Shown in pieces: positions 20,424 through 32,134 of a DNA stretch of 64,000 bases. The position numbers were made by a program, and so were the translations under genes. The notes beneath the pieces are model-generated. The model was not told the DNA's origin. It made no database searches and saw nothing but the letters and a program-made list of their open reading frames with translations. How positions within the stretch are numbered: position 1 is the first letter of the stretch; every line of letters starts with the position of its first letter. Source of the stretch: an uncultured Trueperaceae bacterium (GTDB lineage: Bacteria; Deinococcota; Deinococci; Deinococcales; Trueperaceae); contig CAWFFU010000003.1 of assembly GCA_963815215.1 (NCBI GenBank), positions 448,001 to 512,000 on the forward strand, written 5' to 3'.

Positions 20424-22322
20424 TCAGGTCACGGCCAGTCGTTCGGTCACGTCTTCCCATCGCGCCATCGCCCCGATGAGCTCACGCTCCAGAGCAGCGT
20501 GGCGCTCGCCGATGGCGATCAGCTCGTCGGCGTCCTCCTCGCCGGGTGCGGCCAGACGCTTCGCCAGCACCCCGAGCTCACGCTCCAACGCAGTCACACG
20601 GACTTCGAGCTCTTCGCGCATACGCTCCAGCTGCCAGCGGGACGGTCCCCGCTGCGCGCGCGCCGGCTCGTCCGGTTCCCGCCGTCGCAGGTCGGCCTCC
20701 GCCTGCGAAGCCGCGGCCTCGTCAGCGCGGCGCTTCCGGAGCCGCTGGTAGAACGCCCAGTCGCCCTCGAACGCCTCGAAGCACCCGCCCCGGACCTCCC
20801 AGACGTGGTCGATCAGGGATTCGAGGAAGCGCCGATCGTGCGATACCAGGAGTAGCGTACCGCGATAGGCACGCAACGCTGCTTCCAGGGCCTCGATCAT
20901 CTCGAGATCGAGATGGTTGGTGGGTTCGTCGAGCACCAGCAGGTTGTAGCGTCCGAGGGTGAGCTTGAGCAGGGCCAGGCGCGCGCGTTCACCGCCCGAG
21001 AGGTCGCTCACGCGCTTGTACTGGGCGTCGAAGGGGAACATGAAGCGGCCCAGCAGGTTGTGCGCTTCCACGTCCCCGACCATGCGGATCATCTCCTCGA
21101 TCAAGGTGGCAGCCGGGTCGACGCCGCGCAGGTCCTGATCGTAGTACCCGAGCCTCACGCGCGCGCCGGTTCTCACCTCGGCGCGGGGATCGTCGCTCGC
21201 GGCGTCGCCCAGGAGCAGGCGCAACAGGGTCGTCTTGCCGGCCCCGTTAGGCCCGACCAGTGCGATGCGCTGCCCTTGACGCAGCTCGAGGCCGACGTCG
21301 TCGAAGAGCGGGCGGTCGAACGTCTTCGACAGATGGCGAGCGCTCAACACGATCTCACCGGAAGGGTCGCAGTCGAAGGTGAAGCGCGTGGAGCGCTGGA
21401 TACCCTCGGGAGCGTCAACCATGGTGCCGGCGTGGCGCTCGACGCGCCGCTCCATCGCTTTGGCCCGGCGGTGCAGCTTCTCGCTCTGACCCGCCCACTG
21501 CTTCATCTGTGCCGCAGCCGACGACAGGCGCTGGTGCTCCCGTTCCTGGTTGAGGCGCGTGGCCTCCTGGATGCGGCGCTCCTCGGCCCGCGCGATCCGG
21601 AAGGCGCTGGGGGTACCGGCTCCGACCCGAAGGCGCCCCAGGCCGACCTCGGCGGTCCGGTCGCAGGCGCCGTCGAGGAAGGCGCGATCGTGCGACACGA
21701 TGATGGCTGCGCCGGGGTAGCGACCGAGGTAGCCTTCCAGCCAACCCCGCATGTCGATGTCGAGGTGGTTGGTGGGCTCGTCGAGGAGCAGCACGTCGGG
21801 TTGCGCCATGAGCAAGCGCGCCAACCCCAGACGCGTGCGCTCACCTCCGGAGAGCTGTCGCACCGGCTGATCCTCGCGGCCGCGGAAGCCCAGTGCGTCG
21901 AGAACCGCATCCCTCCGGGCTCGGCGGGCGTAGCCGCCGCGCCGCTCGAAGGTCTCGTGCAGGCGCTCCCAACGCGCGTAGCGCTCGGGATCGTCGAGGC
22001 CGGCACGCTCGAGCCGCTCGAGGCCCGCTTCCATGCGTTCCAGCTCGACGAACGCCTCCTCGGCCACCGCCCCCAGGGTCGCATCCGGGTCGAACGCCGG
22101 ATCCTGTTCCAACAGCGCAGCGGTGACCTCGGCGCCGCGATGGACGCTCCCCTTGTCGGGAGCTTCCATCCCCATCAGAAGGCGCAGCACCGTGGTCTTG
22201 CCGGCGCCGTTGCGGCCGATCAGCGCGGTGCGGCTGCCGTCGCGGAGCTCGAGGGTGGCATCCTCGAGCACCACCTGATCGCCGTACGCCTTCTCGATCT
22301 GCTGCAGGGCTGCAAGGAGCAT
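20424..22322 (-). CDS. ABC-F family ribosome-associated ATPase
   Basis: Two NBDs (GRNGAGKT, GPNGAGKT), LSGGE x2, LDEPTNHLD x2, no TM segments, C-terminal coiled coil. Confidence 0.92.
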   Translation of the reverse strand: MLLAALQQIEKAYGDQVVLEDATLELRDGSRTALIGRNGAGKTTVLRLLMGMEAPDKGSVHRGAEVTAALLEQDPAFDPDATLGAVAEEAFVELERMEAGLERLERAGLDDPERYARWERLHETFERRGGYARRARRDAVLDALGFRGREDQPVRQLSGGERTRLGLARLLMAQPDVLLLDEPTNHLDIDMRGWLEGYLGRYPGAAIIVSHDRAFLDGACDRTAEVGLGRLRVGAGTPSAFRIARAEERRIQEATRLNQEREHQRLSSAAAQMKQWAGQSEKLHRRAKAMERRVERHAGTMVDAPEGIQRSTRFTFDCDPSGEIVLSARHLSKTFDRPLFDDVGLELRQGQRIALVGPNGAGKTTLLRLLLGDAASDDPRAEVRTGARVRLGYYDQDLRGVDPAATLIEEMIRMVGDVEAHNLLGRFMFPFDAQYKRVSDLSGGERARLALLKLTLGRYNLLVLDEPTNHLDLEMIEALEAALRAYRGTLLLVSHDRRFLESLIDHVWEVRGGCFEAFEGDWAFYQRLRKRRADEAAASQAEADLRRREPDEPARAQRGPSRWQLERMREELEVRVTALERELGVLAKRLAAPGEEDADELIAIGERHAALERELIGAMARWEDVTERLAVT

Positions 22323-22384
22323 ACCGGCGACCAGTCTACCGTGGTCATCGCCGCGTGCCCGAGGCCGGAACGAGGCCGCAACGA

Positions 22385-22412
22385 AGCGAGCCCGCCGGTC
22401 GGCGGGCTCGCT
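22385..22412 (-). terminator. Intrinsic terminator after the sugar ABC ATPase gene
   Basis: 12-bp stem AGCGAGCCCGCC/GGCGGGCTCGCT with 4-nt loop. Confidence 0.65.
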
Positions 22413-22450
22413 GCTTTAACAGAATCAGAACGGTCTAGTGCCGTGTGAGC

Positions 22451-23548
22451 TCAGGCGAAACGGATGTTGTGCTCGGTCTCGATATCGAAGGCGTGCAGCA
22501 TGTGCACGTCGGCCAGCAACTCCACTTCGTCGCCCATCTTGACCTGCGCGTGCGGGTCGACCTTGGCAACGACGCTCTGGTCGCCTCCGACCGACGCCAG
22601 GACCTGAGTCTCGGCGCCCAGCGGCTCCACCACGTCGACGGTGGCCTTGATCACGTTCTCCGATTCCGCGATGTCGGTATATCCCTTGAGCCCGAGGTTC
22701 TCGGGCCGGATGCCGAGGTAGACCTTCTTGCCGTTGTAGGGCACGAGCTTCTGAGCGAGGTCGGCATCGGGCTTGAGGTCGAACTGACCACTCTTGATGC
22801 GGCCGTCGTGCACCGTGCCGACCATGAAGTTCATCGCTGGCGAGCCGATGAAGCCCGCCACGAACTTGTTGGTGGGCCGGTCGTACAGGTTGATGGGGCT
22901 GTCGACCTGCTGGACCAGGCCGTCCTTCATGACGACGATGCGCGTTCCCATCGTCATCGCTTCGATCTGATCGTGCGTCACGTAGATGATGGTGGTCCCG
23001 AGCTGGCGGTGGAGCTTGCTGATCGAGGCCCGCATCTCGACGCGCAGCTTGGCGTCGAGGTTCGACAGCGGCTCGTCCATGAGGAACACCTTGGGCTTAC
23101 GTACGATGGCCCGGCCGAGCGCCACGCGCTGGCGCTGACCGCCGGAGAGCTCGCGCGGGCGCCGGTCGAGCAGGTGTTCGATCTGCAGGATGCCGGCGGT
23201 CTCGCGCACACGCTTCTCGATCTGGTCCTTCGGGGTCTTGCGTAGGCGCAGCCCGAACGACATGTTCTGGTGCACGTTCATGTGCGGGTAGAGGGCATAG
23301 TTCTGGAACACCATGGCGATGTCGCGGTCCTTGGGTGGAACGTCGTTGACCACCCGGTCACCGATGCGGGCCGTGCCCTCGGTGATCTCTTCAAGACCGG
23401 CGATCATGCGTAGCGTGGTGGTCTTGCCGCACCCGGACGGCCCGACGAACACCATGAACTCCGCGTCCTCGATCTCCAGGTTGAAGTCCTGGACCGCGGT
23501 AACGTTGCCGAACCGCTTGTACACGTGCTCCAACACTACCTCTGCCAC
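22451..23548 (-). CDS. Carbohydrate ABC transporter ATP-binding protein (MalK/MsmX-type)
   Basis: GPSGCGKTT, MVFQNYALYPH, LSGGQRQR, DEPLSNLDAKLR, C-terminal TOBE region. Confidence 0.93.
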   Translation of the reverse strand: MAEVVLEHVYKRFGNVTAVQDFNLEIEDAEFMVFVGPSGCGKTTTLRMIAGLEEITEGTARIGDRVVNDVPPKDRDIAMVFQNYALYPHMNVHQNMSFGLRLRKTPKDQIEKRVRETAGILQIEHLLDRRPRELSGGQRQRVALGRAIVRKPKVFLMDEPLSNLDAKLRVEMRASISKLHRQLGTTIIYVTHDQIEAMTMGTRIVVMKDGLVQQVDSPINLYDRPTNKFVAGFIGSPAMNFMVGTVHDGRIKSGQFDLKPDADLAQKLVPYNGKKVYLGIRPENLGLKGYTDIAESENVIKATVDVVEPLGAETQVLASVGGDQSVVAKVDPHAQVKMGDEVELLADVHMLHAFDIETEHNIRFA

Positions 23549-23726
23549 TCGGGGGCCTCCTCGCCATTGGCCTTCTAGACTCGGTCAAGCTTAGCACGGA
23601 GGAATCGCCCCGGCAACGAGGAAAGTCCATGTGGAGCTTGAAGGATGCGCGGATCGCTCGGGTCGAGGCAGTACTGCCCCCGGAATCCGCGAGCTACGTC
23701 GAACCTGAGGCGGCGAACTCAAACAG

Positions 23727-23758
23727 CTCCGGCCGGACGTCTGGGCGTCCGGCCGGAG
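23727..23758 (-). terminator. Hairpin downstream of tmRNA
   Basis: 13-bp stem CTCCGGCCGGACG/CGTCCGGCCGGAG. Confidence 0.7.
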
Positions 23759-23760
23759 GA

Positions 23761-24119
23761 TGGTGGAGGCGGCGGGAGTCGAACCCGCGTCCGAAACCCC
23801 CGAAGGCAGGTGTCTACGCGTGTAGCCGCCGATCGATTGTCGGCGCGCGGTCGGCTCGACGGCCGGCGCTCACCGCGCGCTTAGATGTCTTGGTTCTCGT
23901 CCTCATGCCAACACCCGAGCATGCAGACCAGCCCGTCTTGGGTCGTCGGATCCGGCGAGCTACGGGCGATGCTTCCGGGCGACGCTGACTACGGGTTACG
24001 CAGCCAGAGCGTAGGTGTTATTGCCAGTTATTGGCGTTGCAGCTTGGTAACGCGGCCAGCTGCGTCCGCGACGCGCAACCTAACCCCCGACAGGGCCCCG
24101 TCGAAACCGTGTCGCCCCC
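23761..24119 (-). ncRNA. ssrA: tmRNA; tag peptide (A)GNNTYALAA
   Basis: 5' GGGGGCGACACGGTTTCGAC; 3' T-arm GGGTTCGACTCCC..CCTCCACCA; tag frame 24025-23996 after ATAACT; upstream TGcTAGAAT. Confidence 0.96.
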
Positions 24120-24254
24120 GTGCGGGAGACCCAGGGCCTACGCGCCCTGGTAGTCACCTATTCTAGCATCCCGCGGGGCTCCCCTTCGGCCGCGGGCACA
24201 CGCTCTCGAGGCGCCACCGGTTCAGCGAGTCGACGGCCGACGGCTGCCCGCCCC

Positions 24255-25541
24255 TCAGGCGAGCTCCTGCAAGAAGCGCCGGAGATGCGCCGAGACCTGC
24301 GGGAACTCGATCAGGAAGGCGTCGTGACCGTGAGGCGAGCGGATGGTGGCGTAGCTGGCGTTCGGCAGCGCCTGGGCCAGCGCCCGCTGTTCGGCCTCGG
24401 GGTAGAGCACGTCCGACGTGATCCCCATCACCAGAGCGGGCATGCGCATGCGGCCGAGCACCCGGGCGAGCTTGTCTCGCCCGGCGGCTACGTCGTAGTC
24501 GTCCATGGCGCGCGTCAGGTACAGGTAGGTGTTGGCATCGAAGCGCTGGACCAGCTTCACGCCCTGGTAGTCGAGGTAGGACTCGATCTCGAAGCTGCGG
24601 CCGAGCAGGTCGGAGGTGGCGGCGGTGCGCTCGCGGCCGAACTTCTGCTCCAGCGAGTCGAAGCTCCGGTAGGACAACATGGCGATGGCGCGGGCCAGAC
24701 CCAGCCCGCGCTCCGGCTGCCGGCCCTGGGGGTAACGTCCCTCCTGCCACTCGGGGTCGGAGGCGATGGCGCGGCGCGCCACCTCGTTGAGACCGATCGC
24801 CCAGGCCGAGTGGCGTGGCCCGATGGCGATGGGGGCGATGGCGCGAACCCGGTCGGGATACATGGCCGCCCACTCGAGTACCTGCATGCCCCCCATGCTG
24901 CCGCCCACGACGGCGGCCAGCGAGCGCACCCCGAGGCGGTCGACCAGCCGCCGCTGCGCCTCGACCATGTCGCGGACGGTGTAGCGCGGGAAGTCGAGCG
25001 CGTACGGGCGCCCCGTGGCGGGGTTCAAGCTGCTGGGGCCGGTGCTGCCATAGCACCCGCCGAGGACATTGCTGGAGATCACGAAGTAGCGGCGCGTGTC
25101 GATCGCCTTGCCGGGGCCGATCAGCGGGTCCCACCAGCCCGGCACCTCTTCCCGGTCCGTGCGGCCCGCGGCGTGGCCGGATCCGGTGAGGGCGTGGGCA
25201 ACCAGGATGGCGTTGTCGCCGCGCGCGTTGAGCTCGCCGTAGGTCTCGAAGGCCAGTGCGACGCGCTCGAGGCTTCCCCCGAGCTCGAGCTCCAAGGGGG
25301 CGCCGGGACCGGCGACGTCCATGATCTGGGGCCGCACCGTCCCGACGCTGCCGTCGGGGTTCGCCCCGCTGCGAGCGATGAGCGCCGCGTGGTCCCCCCA
25401 GGTCTCGTGGATCAGCGTGCGATGGCCGGGGTTGTCGGCAGCCGCGCCGGGGGCGCGTCCGCCGCCGGATGCGGCGGACGCAGGAGCGGACGCAGCGGCG
25501 GACGCGGAGTAGCGGATGTGGGAACCGGGCTCGCGACTCAT
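24255..25541 (-). CDS. metX: Homoserine O-acyl(acetyl)transferase
   Basis: HALTG, GWWDPLIGPG, GGCYGSTGP, GGSMGG, FDANTY, HGHDAFL. Confidence 0.93.
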   Translation of the reverse strand: MSREPGSHIRYSASAAASAPASAASGGGRAPGAAADNPGHRTLIHETWGDHAALIARSGANPDGSVGTVRPQIMDVAGPGAPLELELGGSLERVALAFETYGELNARGDNAILVAHALTGSGHAAGRTDREEVPGWWDPLIGPGKAIDTRRYFVISSNVLGGCYGSTGPSSLNPATGRPYALDFPRYTVRDMVEAQRRLVDRLGVRSLAAVVGGSMGGMQVLEWAAMYPDRVRAIAPIAIGPRHSAWAIGLNEVARRAIASDPEWQEGRYPQGRQPERGLGLARAIAMLSYRSFDSLEQKFGRERTAATSDLLGRSFEIESYLDYQGVKLVQRFDANTYLYLTRAMDDYDVAAGRDKLARVLGRMRMPALVMGITSDVLYPEAEQRALAQALPNASYATIRSPHGHDAFLIEFPQVSAHLRRFLQELA

Positions 25542-25569
25542 GGAGGCTAGGCGGCGCTGCCGTCGGGAC

Positions 25570-26946
<1,377 letters not shown>

Positions 26947-27180
26947 TCAGTGCGGGTGTTGCGTCGGGGGTGCCGGCGTGGTGCGTGCTCGGCGTGATGG
27001 TGTGGCTCCGGCGTGTCGCTCGGAGCGCGGTCCCGATCACCAGGCCCGGTCGATGCCGCTTCCGTGCACGACGCCACGCCGCCGGCCCCGATGCGAGGAC
27101 CTGGGGTCCTTCGCGCGGGGGCCAGCCAGCGACCCGAGCTTCCGTCGCAGCCCGCCTGTTCGAGCGGGCCGCCGCGTTGC

Positions 27181-27249
27181 TCAGGCCGCGATCGACATTC
27201 GTTGTGGTGAGTCGAGGCGGTGCTGTCTTCGTTCGTAGGTTCCCGGCAT
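27181..27249 (-). CDS. Putative leader peptide MPGTYERRQHRLDSPQRMSIAA (22 aa)
   Basis: ATG 27249 to TGA 27181; GAAGGAGG 11 nt upstream; directly after the SAM-I aptamer. Confidence 0.45.
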   Translation of the reverse strand: MPGTYERRQHRLDSPQRMSIAA

Positions 27250-27327
27250 GGTCCTGTGCGCCTCCTTCGAGCCCGCCTTCGCCTGCTCGCGCAGGACGTC
27301 TCCGGGCCGTGGATTGAGGCTCTTCGC

Positions 27328-27449
27328 CCCTATCTCTCCGGTGAGCTCACTATCGTAGCTGTGCTCCCGGCTGGAGTTAGCACCCGCCTAGATGGAGGCT
27401 GGTTGCTGCGGCGTCGTCGGGCCAGGTCCCTCGACCGCTCTGGATAAGG
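27328..27449 (-). promoter_or_regulatory. SAM-I (S-box) riboswitch aptamer
   Basis: CTTATCCAGAG..GAGGGACCTGGCCC..GCAACC..GGTGCTAACTCC..GAGAGATAGGG upstream of metY-metX. Confidence 0.92.
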
Positions 27450-27663
27450 CCGGGTCCGACGCATGCGTCTGGGACCCTGCCAGGCCTGCGCCACGTGGGG
27501 TGCAGGTGGAGGCAAGTAAAGCACAAACCGTCGGCGATGGGCAACCCTGTGACGGAGCAAGCGCAACGCGGAACCGATGGCCGTCCGTCTTCGAGGTGGC
27601 ACGGCCTCCTGGCCGTTGTGGCCCGACGGTCCGGGACGGCGGGGCCTCGCAGCAGCGAGTGGA

Positions 27664-29334
27664 CTACGGTCCGGTGGCACCGCCCGTCTGCCGGAGGATC
27701 GCCTTCGCCTCCGCCAACCACTGCGCGTAGCCGGCGGGATCGGTCCGCAACTCCGCATATCTGTGGCTGTCCGGACCGAAGACGTCGAGGCCGCGCTCGA
27801 CGGCCTGTCTGGCTTGTGCTGGGTCCTCCGCCTGAAGAGCCAGGTGTGCCCAGGTGAGGTAGTTCTTCCAGCTCTGCAACGGAAACCGCGTCGCGATGCT
27901 TCGGGCCAACGACAACTTCTGCGCGAGGGTCGGCGCGTAGGCCTCCTCCAGGTTCAGCACCCAGAGGCTTGCCGGATAGAGTCTCTCGGCCCTCCGCAAG
28001 AACGAATCGCGGTCGGCTGGCGGCATGTCTTTCGCCGCTGCAGCAACCTTGTATTCGATGCCACGCCAGCGCGTGATCGCGCATGCGGTCCCCTCGCAGG
28101 GTGCGTACCACCAGATGGTCAGGCCGACGCCTGCTACTAGCACGAGCACGGGCAGGACCGTCGTGAGCCACTCGGCCATGGCCGCCTCTGGCCGTCGGCG
28201 AAGACCGACCGTCGCCGGTTTCACCGGTCCCAGACACGCTCCCACAACCGCGAATGCCATCGACAGGATCAATGGATAGTCCGCCGTGACGTCGACGCTG
28301 AGTGTGAACCAGATCCCAAGCAACGATAGGGCCCAAGGCCATTGATCCGATCGCCAGGAGCGGACGAACGCACCGATCAGGAGGGCCACGAGAAGGATGA
28401 GGCCGGGCCATCCCACCGTTGCGGCCGTCTCAACAAAGACGTTGTGCGGACTGCTAGACCACACCATCGGGAAGCGTTGGAACGCGTGGATTACGCTACG
28501 GAATCCTCCTAGACCCACCCCGAGCGGATGCGCTCGGACCATCGCCATTCCCTGACTCCAGTACCTGAGTCGCTGCGTGAACGCCCCGGCCTCCGATACG
28601 GAGGCCTCCTGCATCTGCACAGAGGCCTTCGACGTGAGGGCTTCAGTCACGGGATGGTACGGGAGCACTCGGTCGACACCCACGATGACAACGATCATCA
28701 ACGTGGCGCCGATCATCAATCGGGTTCGCCACCGTCCGTTACGGGCCAGGCGCAACACGGAGACAACGAACAGAACTGCCAGTGGAGCATAGACGCCCCG
28801 TGATCCGGAGATCAGAGCTCCGAACGCACCCAGCGACGCGAGGGCCCAGAGCGGCACGATCATCCAACGCCGGCGGGATCGCACGAAGCCGACCATGGCT
28901 GGGGCAAACACGACGAGGGCCTTGGCGCCCAAGAGGTAGTGGACGGATCCAGACAGATAGTGTTGCAGGTCGAACGAGTTCAGAGCCAGGGCGCTCTGCA
29001 AGTCTTGCAAGACGATGAAGGCCATCACGGTGAGGAGCAGCTCTCGCCGGCGACCAGCTGCAGCAAGAGCCACGTACGCCAACCCCCACAGGGAAGCTTG
29101 GAGCGTATCCCCCGGGGCGAGGCTCCATACGAAGCTGAGGAGCCCCAATGCCCACAACAGCGCAACGCCGGGAGGAACCTCGCGAACGAGCAACGCAAGG
29201 GTCGCAAGGGCAACGATCGGCAGCCAGAGTGGTGCAGGATTCCATATGATGTCGACTCGGCCATCGAGTCGAAGGAGAACTAGGTACGCCAGGGCCGCTC
29301 CCAGCATCGACCAAGGACCGCGCACCGATGACAT
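27664..29334 (-). CDS. O-antigen ligase / O-oligosaccharyltransferase family protein
   Basis: Many TM helices, SGSRG, QRLRYW, PLGVGLGGF, PHNVFVE, C-terminal helical TPR-like tail; start uncertain. Confidence 0.8.
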   Translation of the reverse strand: MSSVRGPWSMLGAALAYLVLLRLDGRVDIIWNPAPLWLPIVALATLALLVREVPPGVALLWALGLLSFVWSLAPGDTLQASLWGLAYVALAAAGRRRELLLTVMAFIVLQDLQSALALNSFDLQHYLSGSVHYLLGAKALVVFAPAMVGFVRSRRRWMIVPLWALASLGAFGALISGSRGVYAPLAVLFVVSVLRLARNGRWRTRLMIGATLMIVVIVGVDRVLPYHPVTEALTSKASVQMQEASVSEAGAFTQRLRYWSQGMAMVRAHPLGVGLGGFRSVIHAFQRFPMVWSSSPHNVFVETAATVGWPGLILLVALLIGAFVRSWRSDQWPWALSLLGIWFTLSVDVTADYPLILSMAFAVVGACLGPVKPATVGLRRRPEAAMAEWLTTVLPVLVLVAGVGLTIWWYAPCEGTACAITRWRGIEYKVAAAAKDMPPADRDSFLRRAERLYPASLWVLNLEEAYAPTLAQKLSLARSIATRFPLQSWKNYLTWAHLALQAEDPAQARQAVERGLDVFGPDSHRYAELRTDPAGYAQWLAEAKAILRQTGGATGP

Positions 29335-29487
29335 GGCCCGACGCCACGTCGGCACCAGGCCGGATTGTCCCCCCTTAGCTTGCGGCACAATGTATGATTC
29401 TCGGCCAGAGGGCCTCCGGCATCGGTGAAGCAGTCCACTAGTCGAGCCATTGTCGTTGGGCCATGGGCACTCGAAGGGGACCGTACC

Positions 29488-30654
29488 GTGCCGATCAACG
29501 CACGAAACAAGGATGCCATCCCGATGCTCGACCTACGTTCTGAGGTCGAGGAGTTGTGGGACGATATCAACAACGCCGTCCAACGGGTGCTTCGAAGTGG
29601 CCAGTTCGTCCTGGGTCCGGAGGTGGGCGCCTTCGAGGTTAGGGTAGCGGAGTACCTTGGCGTCAACCATGCAGTGAGCGTGAACAGCGGCACGGACGCG
29701 CTACTGATCGCTCTCGAGGCGATGGGCATCGGACACGGTGACGAGGTCATCACCACACCGTTCACGTTCTACGCAACCGTCGAGGCCATCGTCCAAACGG
29801 GAGCCACGCCCGTGTTCGTCGACATCGAATCGGATGGATTCAACCTCGACCCGGCGAAGATCCGGGCGGCCGTCACAGATCGAACGAAGGCCGTCCTCCC
29901 CGTTCACATCTTTGGCGAGCCTGTTCGGATGGATGCCATCGTACGAATTGCGCGCGAACACGGGCTGATGGTCCTGGAAGATTGCGCGCAGTCGTTCGGG
30001 GCCGAGGCGACGATCCCCAAGGAGACTTTGCGCGACGAAACCGAGTCGTCACGGGTCAAGACAGGATCGATCGGCGACGCAGCGGCCTTCAGCTTCTACC
30101 CAACCAAGAACCTCGGTGCTTATGGGGACGGCGGCCTCATCGCGACCAACGACGCCGAGATCGCTGAACGGGCGCAGTCGCTGCGCAACCATGCGACGCG
30201 CCCGGGCCGTCGCTATGAGCACTTCTCGATTGGCCACAACTCGAGGCTGGACGCCTTGCAAGCGGCGGTCCTGGCTGTGAAGCTGCCCCACGTCGAACGC
30301 TGGAATCGCATGCGACGGGAGGCCGCCGAACGCTACGGTCGGCTCCTTTCGGTCATCGGCGGGGTCGTGATCCCGAATCGCACACCTGGTCACGTCTATC
30401 ACCAGTACACAATCCGAGTCCCTCCGGGTGTGCGGGCGATCCTGCTTGAGCGCTTCGAGGACGCGCGGATCTCTTCATCAGTGTTCTATCCGCCGATTGA
30501 GTCGGCGTGGCCCGCTGGGATCGGAAGAGGTGCGGGTTCGTGCCCACGAGCTTCAATGCGAGCGGCCGAGGTAGTCAGCCTTCCCATTCACCCCTGGATA
30601 TCGGCGGAACAGCAGGAGCGTATTGCGGCAGTTATTCGTTCCGTGCTGACATAA
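29488..30654 (+). CDS. DegT/DnrJ/EryC1/StrS family sugar aminotransferase
   Basis: NSGTDAL, EDCAQSFGA, SFYPTKNLGAYGDGG, NSRLDALQAA, HVYHQY; start GTG 29488 (or ATG 29524). Confidence 0.92.
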   Translation: MPINARNKDAIPMLDLRSEVEELWDDINNAVQRVLRSGQFVLGPEVGAFEVRVAEYLGVNHAVSVNSGTDALLIALEAMGIGHGDEVITTPFTFYATVEAIVQTGATPVFVDIESDGFNLDPAKIRAAVTDRTKAVLPVHIFGEPVRMDAIVRIAREHGLMVLEDCAQSFGAEATIPKETLRDETESSRVKTGSIGDAAAFSFYPTKNLGAYGDGGLIATNDAEIAERAQSLRNHATRPGRRYEHFSIGHNSRLDALQAAVLAVKLPHVERWNRMRREAAERYGRLLSVIGGVVIPNRTPGHVYHQYTIRVPPGVRAILLERFEDARISSSVFYPPIESAWPAGIGRGAGSCPRASMRAAEVVSLPIHPWISAEQQERIAAVIRSVLT

Positions 30655-30767
30655 CGGCACCCGATCGCGACGACGCACTCGGGGTAGCATCCATCGACGG
30701 TGCCGATGCAGGCCAAGAATGTGGCACCTGAGTTCGACAACTCCGGTGGCTGACGAGCACAGGTGGG

Positions 30768-32134
30768 CTATGCGGATCCCTGAACCAACGCCTCGTCGCC
30801 GACGGCCGCATCGGGCCGCTTAGTGGGGTCGGGCCGCGCGCTCGACGCAATGGCGGCCGCCCACACCACCCACAACAGGCCCCGGGTCTCAGGAATCACG
30901 AACCACAACTGGAGGAAGACGAAGTAGGTCAGGAGGCCAAGGCTCAAGGGGTTGCCCTGGAACACCCCACGTAGTCCGAACAACAACATGGCGACGTAGA
31001 GTGCCAGCCCGACGAGACCGGACATCAACCCGATCTCAAGGAACTGGTTGTGGGAGTGCCACCCTACGATCGGCATCACGCGCACTCTTGACGTCATCCC
31101 GGGCGGTTGACGAACGAGGAGGAACGGGGTACCCACCGGGTGAGCGTGTCACGGTGAGTAGGGGACCGACGCTAAACTCTTCGTGTACGTAGCGGGACAA
31201 CTCATCCATGCTCAGGAATTCGGTCCAGTGTTCCTCGAACACCCCCCCGCCCCAACCGACCAGTGGGCGCGCGACGATCCCTCGCAACGCGGAACGCCAG
31301 AGGTAGCTCCGCGTGAGAGGAGGGTACCGCCCGGACACGATGGGCTTCGCGGGACTCACGTCTAGGCTCTTAACGAGCCCAATACCTATCCCGAGACCAA
31401 TCATCACGGCGAGCGTTGTGACGATGACGCGCGACAGCCGCACCGGCCGAATGAAGAACAACGGCGGAAGCAGGGCTAGGGCCGCGGAGCGATTCAAGGT
31501 AAGGCCAATTGCGATGGCGATCAGAAGAACGAGCCACATCAGCCCACTGCCGATCGCGACTCCCGTAGAGAGGGCCAGCATGCCGGCCAAGTGACCCCGT
31601 TGTGGGAACGTCACCATCGGAAGATCGGAGGCGGAGATTCCCCGGAAGAGGACGGGGTGTCGCGTGAGCACCTCGACGAGCGCGACAGCACCGAGTACTG
31701 CGCCAGACGCCACCACCGCGCCCGCGATTCGTCTTGCCGCGACGGGGTCCGCCCGCACCTGCGCATAGACCATGACGAAGACGACGAACAGTAGCAGGTA
31801 CTCGTACGCCCCGTTGTTCAGCTCGGTCAGGGAGCCGGTGAGCGCGATGCCGGGTGCGGGTGAGACGATGGCGCAGAACGCACACCCACAGAACGAAGCC
31901 GAGTGCCACCATCAACGGCGGTCGCAAGAGCACGGTGGCAACCCGTCGAACGTGTCCAGAGAGCGTCACCTCCCGGTCCGCAGCCCACCCGAACGCCACG
32001 CCACCTACCACCGCGAGCACGGTGAACCAGATATGGACCACGTAGGGTGTGGCCCTGGACGTCGACCAAGGCGCCCATAGGAGCGGATAGGCGAATGCAA
32101 ACCCGGCCCACCACCATTTGCGCAGGCTCGTCAT
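30768..32134 (-). pseudogene. O-antigen ligase-like gene split by two +1 frameshifts (about 31880 and about 31128)
   Basis: Three frames join into one membrane protein: MTSLRKWWW..GFVLWV / CAIVSPAPGIALTGS..TLNRSA..TRSYLW..PLVGWGGG / HSHNQFLE. Confidence 0.8.

Noticed and set aside
20424..22322. ABC-F as an antibiotic-resistance determinant
   Set aside because: Housekeeping context and no leader-peptide attenuator seen; the subfamily cannot be assigned without an HMM search
23629..23726. Short matches to the tmRNA 3' end (GTCGAACC, GAGGCGGCG) as an att scar
   Set aside because: Only 8-9 nt, in the wrong order, GC-rich and with no cargo; compatible with chance
25465..25509. GCGGACGC repeats near the metX 5' end
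   Set aside because: They encode a low-complexity SAAASAPASAAS linker, not a CRISPR or phase-variable repeat
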